In this document: positions 10,655 through 19,959 of the stretch, piece by piece
Numbering within the stretch: position 1 is the stretch's first letter
How the letters are laid out: each line of letters begins with the position of its first letter
From: a virus
UHGV virus genome: UHGV-0039782
Length of the DNA: 47,499 nt
Reading direction: 5' to 3' (one strand)
Program-made: the position numbers and the translations under genes
Notes under the pieces: model-generated
Seen by the model: the letters and a program-made list of their open reading frames with translations, nothing else
Database searches by the model: none
What the model was told of the DNA's origin: nothing

Positions 10655-12211
10655 TTATTTCAACCTCGGATTAATGTGGACAGTGTTTCCGATAAATACG
10701 CAGTAACCATCCTCTTCAAGTGATGGCAATACACTTGATCTGAGTCGGTCATAAATTTTAGGTATCCCTTTGAATGGTCGCACGTTTTTAAGTGAATCAT
10801 AAAGCCACTTCACCGTTACGCTATTTTTCCCTTTCTGAGCGGCAGAGCGTAGCTTTTCGGCAACAACATCAAACTCCGATCGTTCACCGGCATACCCATT
10901 TGATTCCACGGCGTCGGTGAATGTTTTTGTCAGTGCGTCATAAACACTGATGGCGCGACTAATTTCATTTTCACCGATAATCTTTGAACGCTTTCCTCCA
11001 TCGCACCAGTTTTCAGCAGCGTGAAATATTGCTGCCAGACGGATTATTTGCTTATCAGCTTTACCCATCGCGCCACGAAGAAGAACGTGGTCCCACTTAC
11101 CGCCGGGAAGGAAGTTTTTCTCCCATTGATTTCGCAAAAGGCCGATCATTCTTGCTGAATCGTTGTGAAGCGTAAGTCTTGTTTTTTCTGCTGACACAAC
11201 ATTATGTATAAATCTTGCATATTCCGACCTCAAGCTGTCTGGCATTGGCTTGCTTACAGGGCAATCATTAACCATGTCCCAGTGTTCGCGATAGCCAAGC
11301 ATTGATTGCTCGCGCAACATCAGGAAACGCTCAGAAAGCCCGTTACCCCTGTCGCCAGCGGCAAGAATGGCATCAATACTTTCATCCTGCGCAATCACAC
11401 TTATGTTACCAAGCACGTAACCAGATGAAACGCCACGACCAACACGAGCAGAACCAATAAATCCACCATCCCACCCCTTCAGGATGACTTCTGCGTTTGC
11501 CTTTCCACCTTCCTTGCCGTAAGAGAGTCCAAGACATGTGTTAAGAACGCTGGCCTCGTCACTTATCAGATTAAAAAAACCACCTTCATGGATTGCCTGA
11601 TGCTGAACAGCCTCCGGCGTTGCGTCCGTCAGTGGATATGTGATCGTATAAAGCTCCTCCAGCTTCTCCTTTTCCCGAGCAATATCATCTCCGATTAGTG
11701 CCTTTGCATTCTGGTTGCTGGCCTCCTTATATGCCTTCATCAACTCTTCAATGCGAAGATTTATTTTTATGATCTGCTTTTCCATCTTTTTGGAAAGGTT
11801 GTCATATTCAATCTTTACCGGATTCATATGCATTGAGTTGATAGCGGTTTTCCCTGCTGATGGAGGCTGAGAAGTAACCACGTAAAGAGAAACTGGAAGT
11901 TCTGAATGGTAATACTCAACGCTAAAGTTTCTTGTCATTGCGCTGGCAACGCAACCAAGTAAATGCATGAACGATGTATTTATTGGGAACTGAACGGCGC
12001 GAGCTGCAGCGATTGCATAACGAGACAGCAAGTCAGTCCGGTGCTCACTGGTGAGTTCTGTTTCTGAGTAAGTTACATCGCGCTCCTTACCTTCCTTGAT
12101 GTCAAGCCACATGTTAGAACTTGGTGTCATGCCATGATGGAAGGCAACGCGAGCCGGAGATACTTTTAACTCCCTTGCTTCGTTGAAGATGTCTTGAGCT
12201 GTGATCATCAT
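10655..12211 (-). CDS. P-loop replication protein (DUF3987 / VirE-like); candidate initiator or helicase loader
   Basis: 518 aa with a P-loop-like YVVTSQPPSAGKT; sits directly beside the iteron/AT-rich region. Confidence 0.45.
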   Translation of the reverse strand: MMITAQDIFNEARELKVSPARVAFHHGMTPSSNMWLDIKEGKERDVTYSETELTSEHRTDLLSRYAIAAARAVQFPINTSFMHLLGCVASAMTRNFSVEYYHSELPVSLYVVTSQPPSAGKTAINSMHMNPVKIEYDNLSKKMEKQIIKINLRIEELMKAYKEASNQNAKALIGDDIAREKEKLEELYTITYPLTDATPEAVQHQAIHEGGFFNLISDEASVLNTCLGLSYGKEGGKANAEVILKGWDGGFIGSARVGRGVSSGYVLGNISVIAQDESIDAILAAGDRGNGLSERFLMLREQSMLGYREHWDMVNDCPVSKPMPDSLRSEYARFIHNVVSAEKTRLTLHNDSARMIGLLRNQWEKNFLPGGKWDHVLLRGAMGKADKQIIRLAAIFHAAENWCDGGKRSKIIGENEISRAISVYDALTKTFTDAVESNGYAGERSEFDVVAEKLRSAAQKGKNSVTVKWLYDSLKNVRPFKGIPKIYDRLRSSVLPSLEEDGYCVFIGNTVHINPRLK

Positions 12212-12447
12212 GAAATCCTTTTTACGTAAACCATATCTTTATCAGGGTATCCAACCTTTGTTGAGAATTTCATGCCTTCATTCCTGCGCATGAAATAGTT
12301 TAATGCGTTCCTCAGGCTTGCAATACCTCCAAACCTCTTCGAGTTAATCATCACAGTCTCCCCTACTGAAACAACAGATAACCCAGAAAGAGCTGCATTC
12401 TTTTTGCCGTACTTATCAAGTTTCACAAAATCCTCCAACAGCAACAA
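12208..12447 (-). CDS. hypothetical small protein next to the origin-like region
   Basis: 79-aa ORF with a 4-nt overlap with the downstream gene. Confidence 0.3.
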   Translation of the reverse strand: MLLLEDFVKLDKYGKKNAALSGLSVVSVGETVMINSKRFGGIASLRNALNYFMRRNEGMKFSTKVGYPDKDMVYVKRIS

Positions 12448-12500
12448 ATTATTATTGAATCATATCATAACTATTGAATCATGCAACATCAAATACGACT

Positions 12501-12548
12501 CACGTGGGTAACGTGGGGCAGCCGTGGGGAATACCACCTTCCCCACGA
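12501..12548. repeat. left iteron cluster (CGTGGGG x3 plus inverted CCCCACG)
   Basis: direct repeats at one-helical-turn spacing. Confidence 0.55.
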
Positions 12549-12685
12549 ACTTTTACTCTAAGTATATGTAATATAATAAAATTATTATTATTTGGGTTAA
12601 TGGGTAATATTATTATTCATATTATAGATAGTAATTAACATAATATTAACAAATGGATTATTTGAATATATTTATAAGGGGATGG

Positions 12686-12800
12686 GTATGAAATCTGCCC
12701 CACTTACCCAAACATGTTAAAAGCCGCATGGCACAAGGGTTTCCTGTGGGGCATACCACCTTCCCCACGACCTGCCCCACGGACAAAAATTTACCCCACG
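12686..12800. repeat. right iteron cluster (CCCCAC/CCCCACGG x4 plus GTGGGG)
   Basis: copies at 12689, 12762, 12774 and 12794; opposite orientation to the left cluster. Confidence 0.55.
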
Positions 12801-12823
12801 GACACGTTTTTAATGAGTTGCTG

Positions 12824-12852
12824 TTGACGTAGAATCATCATTGATGTAGATT
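12824..12852 (+). promoter_or_regulatory. sigma70-like promoter for the rightward small-gene block
   Basis: TTGACG (12824-12829), 17-bp spacer, TAGATT (12847-12852); both hexamers lie inside copies of the dispersed TTGAYGTAGA motif. Confidence 0.5.
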
Positions 12853-12882
12853 GAACTCATCGGAACAAACGAGGGTGAAGAG

Positions 12883-13068
12883 ATGAAAGAAGAAAGCACG
12901 TACAGCATCGACCAGATGAAGTTGTTCAGCGATATATGCATGGCATTGTCACAACAGGTTCCAAGTCTTCCTGCTGACATGCGCTCAAATGCAATCATTG
13001 ATGCAGCAAACATGATTTGCGAGGCATATGCGATGAGTGAAGATGAATACAAGGCCTCTAAGAAATGA
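12883..13068 (+). CDS. hypothetical small protein
   Basis: 61-aa ORF, SD GAGGGTGAAGAG upstream. Confidence 0.45.
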   Translation: MKEESTYSIDQMKLFSDICMALSQQVPSLPADMRSNAIIDAANMICEAYAMSEDEYKASKK

Positions 13069-13160
13069 CAGGCGCAACATTCGAACTTATCGCCAGTCTG
13101 GTTATCGTGGCATTCATCATTATCGCAGTGGCAGTTTCTAAGTCAGGGTATAAGGGGTAA
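13065..13160 (+). CDS. 31-aa hydrophobic peptide (single TM), translationally coupled (ATGA overlap)
   Basis: MTGATFELIASLVIVAFIIIAVAVSKSGYKG; below the ORF-track length cutoff. Confidence 0.3.
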   Translation: MTGATFELIASLVIVAFIIIAVAVSKSGYKG

Positions 13161-13163
13161 CAA

Positions 13164-13346
13164 ATGGCAAAGACTATCTATCGTCGCGAGAAACTGGAAC
13201 AAGAACTCGGTCACGTTGGCGCGCAGAACTTTATGAGCAAGCAAGCACGCAATGCAATGCAATCTATCCGCGTAAATCGCGTTGTGCGCGTGTTTAATGG
13301 TGAAGGTAAACGCAGAGTAATGGATGAGCTGATTATCGTATTCTGA
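13164..13346 (+). CDS. hypothetical small basic protein
   Basis: 60-aa ORF with SD AAGGGG. Confidence 0.4.
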   Translation: MAKTIYRREKLEQELGHVGAQNFMSKQARNAMQSIRVNRVVRVFNGEGKRRVMDELIIVF

Positions 13347-13382
13347 GCACGATTCAGCAGGCTTATTTCTAATGGTGGTGAT

Positions 13383-13616
13383 ATGGCAAAAGTAAAAACA
13401 TATGAGTTCTGGTTTGTTCAGAACAAAATGTATGCATGTAAGACAATCAAGCGAGTCCGCTGGTTGAATAAATGGCTAATCGCTTCTGGATGCATCGTGC
13501 TTGCAAAGTGCAAATTCAAAGCGATTGACATCACAGATGATGATGCGCTCAAAATCGCAAAGATTGAGTTTGAAGAAGATGGTTATTACGAAGAAATTAT
13601 GGGGGTTAGGGTATGA
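13383..13616 (+). CDS. hypothetical protein
   Basis: 77-aa ORF, SD GGTGGTG, 4-nt overlap with the next gene. Confidence 0.4.
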   Translation: MAKVKTYEFWFVQNKMYACKTIKRVRWLNKWLIASGCIVLAKCKFKAIDITDDDALKIAKIEFEEDGYYEEIMGVRV

Positions 13617-14161
13617 GTGAAGTTAAGCGTTATGAATGTAATGGATCATCATCAGTATTTGAATGCGAAAATGGAAGTCTTGTTGATTATGTAGACTACG
13701 CAGCACTAGAGGCTAAATGCGCGGCGCTGGCAGCGGAATTGAAGCAAATCAGGATTGACGCCGACTGCTACAAGAAGGGCATGGAAGCGTCAAATTCTCG
13801 ACTGGTGCAACTGGCTGCGGAGAATGCGGCACTGAAGGCAGCGCATCCTCAACCATTCGGGCATGAGATGATGAAGGCTCTTGATGCGTATGAGAAGCAT
13901 CAGGATGAAGTTCCAGAGACTGGAATGCTTGATGCATTTTTTATCTTGCGCGACAGCATCCGTGCTGAAACCCAAGCCACCGATGCTTTCCTGGATGAAG
14001 TTCTGGCGCAGGGGGTAGAGATGTTTGCACAGTGGTGTAGAGGTGAGCGCGATTTTACTCTCATTGATGAGGATGTTGCTGATGCAGCGGCTTATGAAGA
14101 ATGCGTAAAAAGAGCTGAATATTTCGCCGCACAGCTTCGCAAAGGAGTTGATCAAAAATGA
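13613..14161 (+). CDS. hypothetical protein with a coiled-coil segment
   Basis: 182-aa ORF, coupled to neighbours. Confidence 0.45.
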   Translation: MSEVKRYECNGSSSVFECENGSLVDYVDYAALEAKCAALAAELKQIRIDADCYKKGMEASNSRLVQLAAENAALKAAHPQPFGHEMMKALDAYEKHQDEVPETGMLDAFFILRDSIRAETQATDAFLDEVLAQGVEMFAQWCRGERDFTLIDEDVADAAAYEECVKRAEYFAAQLRKGVDQK

Positions 14162-14505
14162 CAATCACAAAACAACGTGTAGAAGAAATCATATCCCGCA
14201 TTGAAATGTATGGGCATGGTGCCGGGTATACCGCTGACGAGGTTTATGACCTTGCTGTACTGGCGCTGAATTTATCAAATATCGCGAACCTGAAGCGATA
14301 CGAGCTTGATATGGATGGTTGTGACTCGTTCGGTCAGGATTGTGGTGCTGATATGACTGAAGACCATGATGGAGAATTTGTTATGTTCGACGATGTTGTT
14401 AATATGTTTCAGTTTGACACCACCGCACAGCAATTCGAAAGCCTAAGCAATCACAAGCATCACTTCATCAACGGCACTTGCGTAGAGTGCCTGAAAAGTG
14501 AATAA
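14158..14505 (+). CDS. hypothetical protein
   Basis: 115-aa ORF overlapping the upstream stop (ATGA). Confidence 0.45.
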   Translation: MTITKQRVEEIISRIEMYGHGAGYTADEVYDLAVLALNLSNIANLKRYELDMDGCDSFGQDCGADMTEDHDGEFVMFDDVVNMFQFDTTAQQFESLSNHKHHFINGTCVECLKSE

Positions 14506-14568
14506 CTACCCGTTCATATTGATTATCAGTTCGCTCTATGTGGCGCACTATTTAGTGGAGATATTGAG

Positions 14569-14676
14569 ATGACAAGAAACCAACGGCGCCGATACACCAC
14601 TGGCGCTAAAATCTTCCTTGCTGTGTATGCACTGGCACTGGTGGCAGCTATTGCAGGAGTTTTGCATTATGTTTAA
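14569..14676 (+). CDS. 35-aa basic/hydrophobic peptide (MTRNQRRRYTTGAKIFLAVYALALVAAIAGVLHYV)
   Basis: GGAG 9 nt upstream; stop overlaps the ATG of the next gene. Confidence 0.25.
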   Translation: MTRNQRRRYTTGAKIFLAVYALALVAAIAGVLHYV

Positions 14677-14989
14677 TAAATTAGCTGATTTCTATAAAGC
14701 ATACTCGGACTGGATTGATGCTGGAACGCCAGAAGGCGAACCATTCAGTCGTCGCGTCGGGCTTTGCGGTTCTTTATGCTCGTACCTTACAAGTAAAGGT
14801 TGTAAATTCCCGGTAAGGGATATGGCACTGCAGTTAATGAAGTCGCAATTCATCAAGGCCGGACTCAGCCGTGATTACCCGTTTAATGACGCAGAAAACT
14901 CATACTATGTGGAATGCATTAACGGAACAATTCACACCAACAAGAATCGCGTAGCATGGGTTAAAAAGGAGTGGCAGCATTATGTTTGA
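14669..14989 (+). CDS. hypothetical protein (ATG start inside track ORF 14618-14989)
   Basis: ATG at 14669 preceded by GCAGGAG. Confidence 0.4.
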   Translation: MFNKLADFYKAYSDWIDAGTPEGEPFSRRVGLCGSLCSYLTSKGCKFPVRDMALQLMKSQFIKAGLSRDYPFNDAENSYYVECINGTIHTNKNRVAWVKKEWQHYV

Positions 14990-15141
14990 CGATATCAACG
15001 CAGCAATGGAATTCATGTGGAAACGATACTGGGACGGTATGATGACATGTCATTACATGATGGTGCAGATCGGAAATCGCATTGAGGTTGTGCCTGATAC
15101 TGGCGTACATGACATTAAGTGCATGTGCTCAACTAGGGATT

Positions 15142-15321
15142 ATGCTAATGCAAACAACTAAAGCGAAGGTCTGGCAACTCGCCAAAAAGCACGAACTGGA
15201 TGATTTTATCGCAAAGGTGGCAAAGACATTTCCTGATGCGCTTGAAATTGTTCATGTGCAGACTCGCAGTGAAAATGCATGGTGCTATGCTGGCAAGCGC
15301 GATAATGATGGTGTACAATAG
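15142..15321 (+). CDS. hypothetical small protein
   Basis: in-frame ATG within track ORF 15082-15321. Confidence 0.35.
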   Translation: MLMQTTKAKVWQLAKKHELDDFIAKVAKTFPDALEIVHVQTRSENAWCYAGKRDNDGVQ

Positions 15322-15365
15322 ACGCATAACCACCATTGCTTCACTCATATCATCACCCAGCCTTT

Positions 15366-15392
15366 AACCCGCCTTGTGCGGGTTCTTTTTTA
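15366..15392 (+). terminator. factor-independent terminator closing the early small-gene block
   Basis: AACCCGC-cttgt-GCGGGTT followed by CTTTTTTAT. Confidence 0.65.
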
Positions 15393-15438
15393 TCTGTGTT
15401 AAACTAACCATATCGAAATACGAAAAGACGAAAACAGA

Positions 15439-15885
15439 ATGGCTAATCCAAACCCTGTTATGAAATTTTCCTCTGAATACCAGCCTGCTGGCAGAGGATT
15501 AAGCTACAGAAACAGGCTTATTGAAGCATTAAAGCGATGCGGGCTTGGCGAGGAGGAATTCCTTGACGCATTCATCAGGACGTCAATCAGGATGACGGAG
15601 GAAAACCCGACTCAGGGTGTGCAGATGCTGAAGGAAATATTCCTGCGCATCAGCCCCGTGCAAAAAAGCATGGCACCTCCGGTTAATTTTAAATACCGCA
15701 AAGATGCCACTCCAGTTGAGCAGATAGAGGACGTTATCCAATCCGTTTCCAGTGGAGAACTCCCAATTGATGTGGCGTCTCAGGTTGTGTCTATGATTAA
15801 GGTTGGTCTTGATGTGAAAGAGTTAACCGAACTCGCCGCGCGCCTTGAGCGACTGGAGAAATTACTGGAGCAGCAGAATGCGTGA
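15439..15885 (+). CDS. terminase small subunit (by position and size)
   Basis: 148 aa immediately upstream of terL with a C-terminal coiled coil; no diagnostic motif. Confidence 0.45.
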   Translation: MANPNPVMKFSSEYQPAGRGLSYRNRLIEALKRCGLGEEEFLDAFIRTSIRMTEENPTQGVQMLKEIFLRISPVQKSMAPPVNFKYRKDATPVEQIEDVIQSVSSGELPIDVASQVVSMIKVGLDVKELTELAARLERLEKLLEQQNA

Positions 15886-16036
15886 TGTTGTTACGTGGTG
15901 TTTTGTGGCATCTATCGCTATGAGCATGGTTAGCGCCATTATGCCATCAGGGGATTTCGCTGGTAACATATTCGCATTTATGTTCTGGGTATCAGGATGG
16001 GTTATCGCTTGGGGGCGTATTCGATATGGCTCGTAA
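15878..16036 (+). CDS. 52-aa two-TM membrane peptide between terS and terL
   Basis: ATG overlaps the terS stop; hydrophobic segments WCFVASIAMSMVSAIM and IFAFMFWVSGWVIAW. Confidence 0.3.
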   Translation: MRDVVTWCFVASIAMSMVSAIMPSGDFAGNIFAFMFWVSGWVIAWGRIRYGS

Positions 16037-17447
16037 ACGCCTATCCGCACTGGCAATCGAAAAGCTGGAATCGCAGATTGATGATGCAATGACAGATGTT
16101 GCAGAATCCGCCATTTTTGGTATCTGCGACATGCAGAAGAACGTCATTAAGCGGTTAAGGATGACTGCTACTGGCGTTGATGACGTGACAAATGCAACCA
16201 CCAATGCCGACCACCTCATTCCGGCAAAACTTGAGCGACTGCTTTATCCGAAACCGTGGAAGGTTGTCTATGGTGGCCGTGGGTCAGCAAAGACTCGCAC
16301 AGTGTCGACAATCCTCACTGAGTCGGCAAGATTTAAATCCGAGCGTATCGGCTGTTTCCGCGAGATTCAGCAGTCCATTGAAGACTCCAGCTATCAGGAG
16401 CTGGTGGACGAGATTGATCGCAAGGGAGAATCAAAAGAGTATCGTTGCATTGATGGCAAGATTACCCACAAAAAGACTAAATCAAAGTTCCGATTCCGTG
16501 GTCTTTATCGAAACGTGACAGGCGTTAAGGGGTTCGCTGGTATCACGAAGGCATGGATTGAGGAGGCTGAAAACGTCAGTCAGGCATCGTGGGATATTCT
16601 TGAGCCTACTGTGCGCAACCCAGGCGCTGAAATATGGGTGACATTCAACCCGAACAAAGAAACTGACGCTACATGGACGAGATGGGTTGCCCCGTGGCAT
16701 GACAAGATGGTCAACGGAATTTACGAAGATGATGAAATACTCATCATTGAGTGTAACTGGACCGATAACCCGTGGATGACAGAGGAGTTAATCCGCTCAA
16801 AGGATAAGATGAAGCGCGTTGACTTCGACCGCTACATGTGGATATGGGAAGGCAAATTCAACAAACGTAGCGATGAACAGGTCTTCGGCGGCAAGTGGCG
16901 CATTGATAACTTCGAGGTCAAACCTGAATGGCATGGCCCATATTTCGGGATGGACTTCGGATTCAGTACGGACCCTACCGCAATGGTTGAGGTTTATATC
17001 GAAGAATTACCGGGCGGGCGTCGCAACATTTATATTAATCGCGAGTATGGCAAGGTTGGTCTTGAGATTACCGATACACCAGCCGCAATGGAGCAGTCAT
17101 TCCCTATGGCTAAGCGCGCACGATGGTATGCCGACTGCGCTCGACCCGAAACCATTAGCCACATCAAGCGCTCTGGATTTGATATTCATCCATGCACGAA
17201 ATGGCCGGGAAGTGTTGAAGATGGTGTGACATGGCTTCGTGGCTGCGACAGCATCATCATTCACGAACGATGCAAGGAGATGCAGAATGAGGCGGCAATG
17301 TACAGCTATAAAGTTGATAAGCTTACCGGAAACGTACTGACTGATATTGTTGATGCATACAACCACTACTGGGATGCGGTTCGCTATGCGCTCAATGACC
17401 ACATCGCCCAGCGCGGTAGCGGGATGCTAATCCGTCGCAGGCGATAA
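16026..17447 (+). CDS. terL: terminase large subunit
   Basis: 473 aa; Walker A GGRGSAKT; ATPase then RNaseH-like nuclease acidic residues typical of Terminase_3/6. Confidence 0.9.
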   Translation: MARKRLSALAIEKLESQIDDAMTDVAESAIFGICDMQKNVIKRLRMTATGVDDVTNATTNADHLIPAKLERLLYPKPWKVVYGGRGSAKTRTVSTILTESARFKSERIGCFREIQQSIEDSSYQELVDEIDRKGESKEYRCIDGKITHKKTKSKFRFRGLYRNVTGVKGFAGITKAWIEEAENVSQASWDILEPTVRNPGAEIWVTFNPNKETDATWTRWVAPWHDKMVNGIYEDDEILIIECNWTDNPWMTEELIRSKDKMKRVDFDRYMWIWEGKFNKRSDEQVFGGKWRIDNFEVKPEWHGPYFGMDFGFSTDPTAMVEVYIEELPGGRRNIYINREYGKVGLEITDTPAAMEQSFPMAKRARWYADCARPETISHIKRSGFDIHPCTKWPGSVEDGVTWLRGCDSIIIHERCKEMQNEAAMYSYKVDKLTGNVLTDIVDAYNHYWDAVRYALNDHIAQRGSGMLIRRRR

Positions 17448-17522
17448 ATCTGCATCATCACACTTGACCAATCTACACCGAGCGCATAGTATATCTACAT
17501 CAGGATTACCGGAGATATCACT

Positions 17523-17729
17523 ATGCGCAGCTATGCAGGATTCACACAGGAGGAAAAAGAGCAGGTTTATTCACTGGCGCGGGCTGGTGTGCCTGATGAG
17601 GTTATTTGCCGTCGGTATGACATCGACGAGGATTTTCTACTGCGCGTTCTGGATGATGTTTTCGTTAACCTGCAAGAGAAACACGGGTACAAGGGTATCT
17701 GCTGCAAGAATGATTTTTTGAGAGGGTGA
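17523..17729 (+). CDS. hypothetical protein
   Basis: 68-aa ORF following a motif pair. Confidence 0.4.
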   Translation: MRSYAGFTQEEKEQVYSLARAGVPDEVICRRYDIDEDFLLRVLDDVFVNLQEKHGYKGICCKNDFLRG

Positions 17730-17926
17730 TTATGTACAAAATGAGCAAAATGAGCAACAGGAGTAAAGCTGGCAGGATTTCTTTATTGCCAATCTTCCTT
17801 CCTGTGTGGTTATTGTGGGTTTTCTTTTCTGCTGCAAGAAATTTATTTGAGTATCTTGAGTTTTGGCAGGCAAAGTTTATGAGAAAATTCCATGATGTCA
17901 TTGATAAGTGGTTTCCGCTTGGTTGA
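17726..17926 (+). CDS. hypothetical membrane protein
   Basis: 66 aa with a hydrophobic core LLPIFLPVWLLWVFF. Confidence 0.4.
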   Translation: MIMYKMSKMSNRSKAGRISLLPIFLPVWLLWVFFSAARNLFEYLEFWQAKFMRKFHDVIDKWFPLG

Positions 17927-17934
17927 GGTTAGTG

Positions 17935-18120
17935 ATGAGCGTTTATTTTATTCATGCTGAAGTGCTTGATGGTGGTGAAGTTGTTACTAAGGTATGCGCG
18001 ACAGCTACGACATCTAACGCCAATGAAGCGTTTGATTGGTTTTTAGGTTGCGAATTGGTTGCAAAATACGAAATAAAAGGCTACGACGTTATCATTGATA
18101 AATTAGAAAAGGTGGAGTGA
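17935..18120 (+). CDS. hypothetical protein
   Basis: ATG with SD GAGG inside track ORF 17908-18120. Confidence 0.4.
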   Translation: MSVYFIHAEVLDGGEVVTKVCATATTSNANEAFDWFLGCELVAKYEIKGYDVIIDKLEKVE

Positions 18121-18224
18121 TGGCACTATTCTGGTCGTTCTGGATTCCACTTAACTTTATGTTCTGGTGGGCTATGGCTGCAGGAGTGAATGAACCAAGC
18201 AGGATACATTTCATGGTTGGTTAA
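18120..18224 (+). CDS. 34-aa Trp/Phe-rich hydrophobic peptide
   Basis: MALFWSFWIPLNFMFWWAMAAG...; SD AAGGTGGAG; ATGA overlap with the upstream gene. Confidence 0.3.
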   Translation: MALFWSFWIPLNFMFWWAMAAGVNEPSRIHFMVG

Positions 18225-18291
18225 TTTTTCGCTGTGGTGACTGGCGTTGTTCCATGCTTGTTGTATCAATATTTCAAATGAAGGTGGAGTG

Positions 18292-18489
18292 ATGCATTTC
18301 AAATCACTAAATACCATAAGGAATGAGATGGTTGGTGGGAAATATAAAAACCACAGAGACGAGGTAGTAACCGTTGTTAATGTTGTTGGCGCTGGTGGTG
18401 GTTATCAGGTCCATTTTAATTACGGCATGCCATACAATGTGGTTTGCGGACTTGGCAAGTTCAGAAAGCGATACCCGTATAAGGTTTAG
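18292..18489 (+). CDS. hypothetical protein
   Basis: ATG preceded by the same AAGGTGGAGTGATG initiation region as at 18120. Confidence 0.4.
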   Translation: MHFKSLNTIRNEMVGGKYKNHRDEVVTVVNVVGAGGGYQVHFNYGMPYNVVCGLGKFRKRYPYKV

Positions 18490-18510
18490 CCATATACCAT
18501 CCATGATATA

Positions 18511-18536
18511 ATCCCTCCATCGTGAGGGATTTTTTA
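18511..18536 (+). terminator. factor-independent terminator upstream of the portal gene
   Basis: ATCCCTC-catcgt-GAGGGAT followed by TTTTTATT. Confidence 0.6.
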
Positions 18537-18546
18537 TTGGTGACAT

Positions 18547-19959
18547 ATGTCAAAAATTGACGCACTAAACGCCTATATACGCGACCGCGTGGCGAACAAT
18601 AACCGGGCTATTCAGCAGCAACGGCTTTGTGCTGGCGGGAAGAATCTCGACCAGAAGCACGACAGACTCTGGACGGAATGCGGCTACCCGCAGGAAATTA
18701 CCGCCGAGATGTTCCGCTATGCCTATGAACGACATCCGGCCGCCGCTGCTGGCATTAACCGCATTATTAATAAATGCTGGCAGAAATATCCTGAAGTGGT
18801 TGAAGATGGAGAGGATGACAAAAACTCAACGCCGTGGGAGCTGTCAATCAACGAAATGATGAAGCGCGCATACCCATTCATCAAAGAGGCTGACAAGCGC
18901 AACGCCATCAACCGCTATTCCGCCGTTATCCTGCAAATCCGTGATGGTAAGAAGTGGAGTGAGCCAGTAGACATCACCAAAACACGCCGCATTAAAGATA
19001 AATCCATCGTTCGCTTTATTCCTGTATGGGAGGAGCAGTTACGCGTTAGCGCATGGAATAACGACGAAACAAGCGAAGACTACGGAATGCCTGAGATGTA
19101 CGAATATCAGGAAAGCGCTGTGGAGGATTTCGACAGCGACGGCAAGCCTGATCGTTCCGTGCAGATTCATCCAGACCGCATCATTATTCTGGCTGAGGGC
19201 AGCTTCGATGGCAGCATGTTCAGCGGCATCCCAATGCTGCGTGCTGGCTACAACAGCCTTATCGACATGGCGAAGGTTTCCGGTAGCTCTGCGGAAGGTT
19301 TCCTGAAGAATGCAAGTCGCCAACTGGCAGTCAACTACACGAAGGACAACGTAACGCCAGCAAGCCTTGCGCAGTCAATGGGTGTATCTCAGGATGAGCT
19401 TATTGACATCATGAATGACAACATCGAGATGCTAAATTCTGGAATTGACGCCGCACTATTTAGCATGGGCGCTGAGACTCAGGTGCTATCTGTAACGCCC
19501 GCCGACCCGAAACCAACATGGGAAGTTGCTGCCAACCAGTTCGCTGCATCAATGGCGCTTCCGTTCACTGTCATTTTTGGGCAGCAGACCGGACGCCTTG
19601 CGAGCGATGAGGACAAGATGCAGGAGGCGATGACCGCCAAACAGCGACGCGAGACATGGGTTGATTATGTCATTTCAATGTTCGTTGAGCGCATGATTCA
19701 GTTCGGCATTGTCGATAAAGCCCCGGCAAATGGCTACAAGGTTAAGTGGGATGACCTGCTTGCCCCATCCGAGCTGGATAAAGCGGAATTGCTGTCCAAG
19801 CTCGCCACTGCGAACAAATCATTCTTTGATGCTGGTCAGTCTGCGCTGCTGACCGTCGATGAAGCTCGCGGCATGGTTGGTATGGAGCCGATTGAACTTG
19901 ACGAAAGCTATCGCGAAGACACACCGCCGGAAGATGAAAATGAAGATATTCCGGTTTAA
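18547..19959 (+). CDS. portal protein
   Basis: 470 aa, position after terL, acidic C-terminus; size and order typical of siphovirus portals. Confidence 0.65.
   Translation: MSKIDALNAYIRDRVANNNRAIQQQRLCAGGKNLDQKHDRLWTECGYPQEITAEMFRYAYERHPAAAAGINRIINKCWQKYPEVVEDGEDDKNSTPWELSINEMMKRAYPFIKEADKRNAINRYSAVILQIRDGKKWSEPVDITKTRRIKDKSIVRFIPVWEEQLRVSAWNNDETSEDYGMPEMYEYQESAVEDFDSDGKPDRSVQIHPDRIIILAEGSFDGSMFSGIPMLRAGYNSLIDMAKVSGSSAEGFLKNASRQLAVNYTKDNVTPASLAQSMGVSQDELIDIMNDNIEMLNSGIDAALFSMGAETQVLSVTPADPKPTWEVAANQFAASMALPFTVIFGQQTGRLASDEDKMQEAMTAKQRRETWVDYVISMFVERMIQFGIVDKAPANGYKVKWDDLLAPSELDKAELLSKLATANKSFFDAGQSALLTVDEARGMVGMEPIELDESYREDTPPEDENEDIPV

Larger units (their letters stand above)
12501..12800. 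promoter_or_regulatory. origin-of-replication-like region: CGTGGGG iterons flanking a roughly 130-bp, very AT-rich core
   Basis: three direct CGTGGGG-type copies at 12503-12529 spaced about 10 bp apart; three CCCCACG(G) copies at 12762-12800; GGGGAATACCACCTTCCCCACGA and GGGGCATACCACCTTCCCCACGA (one mismatch) at 12526-12548 and 12748-12770; AT-rich 12551-12684. Confidence 0.5.

Noticed and set aside
12490-12512. T7-promoter-like string AAATACGACTCACGTGGG (12 of 18 positions identical to TAATACGACTCACTATAG)
   Set aside because: The critical -5 to +1 TATAG is replaced by CGTGGG, which is part of the iteron array, and no phage RNA polymerase-sized ORF exists in the window. Judged coincidental.
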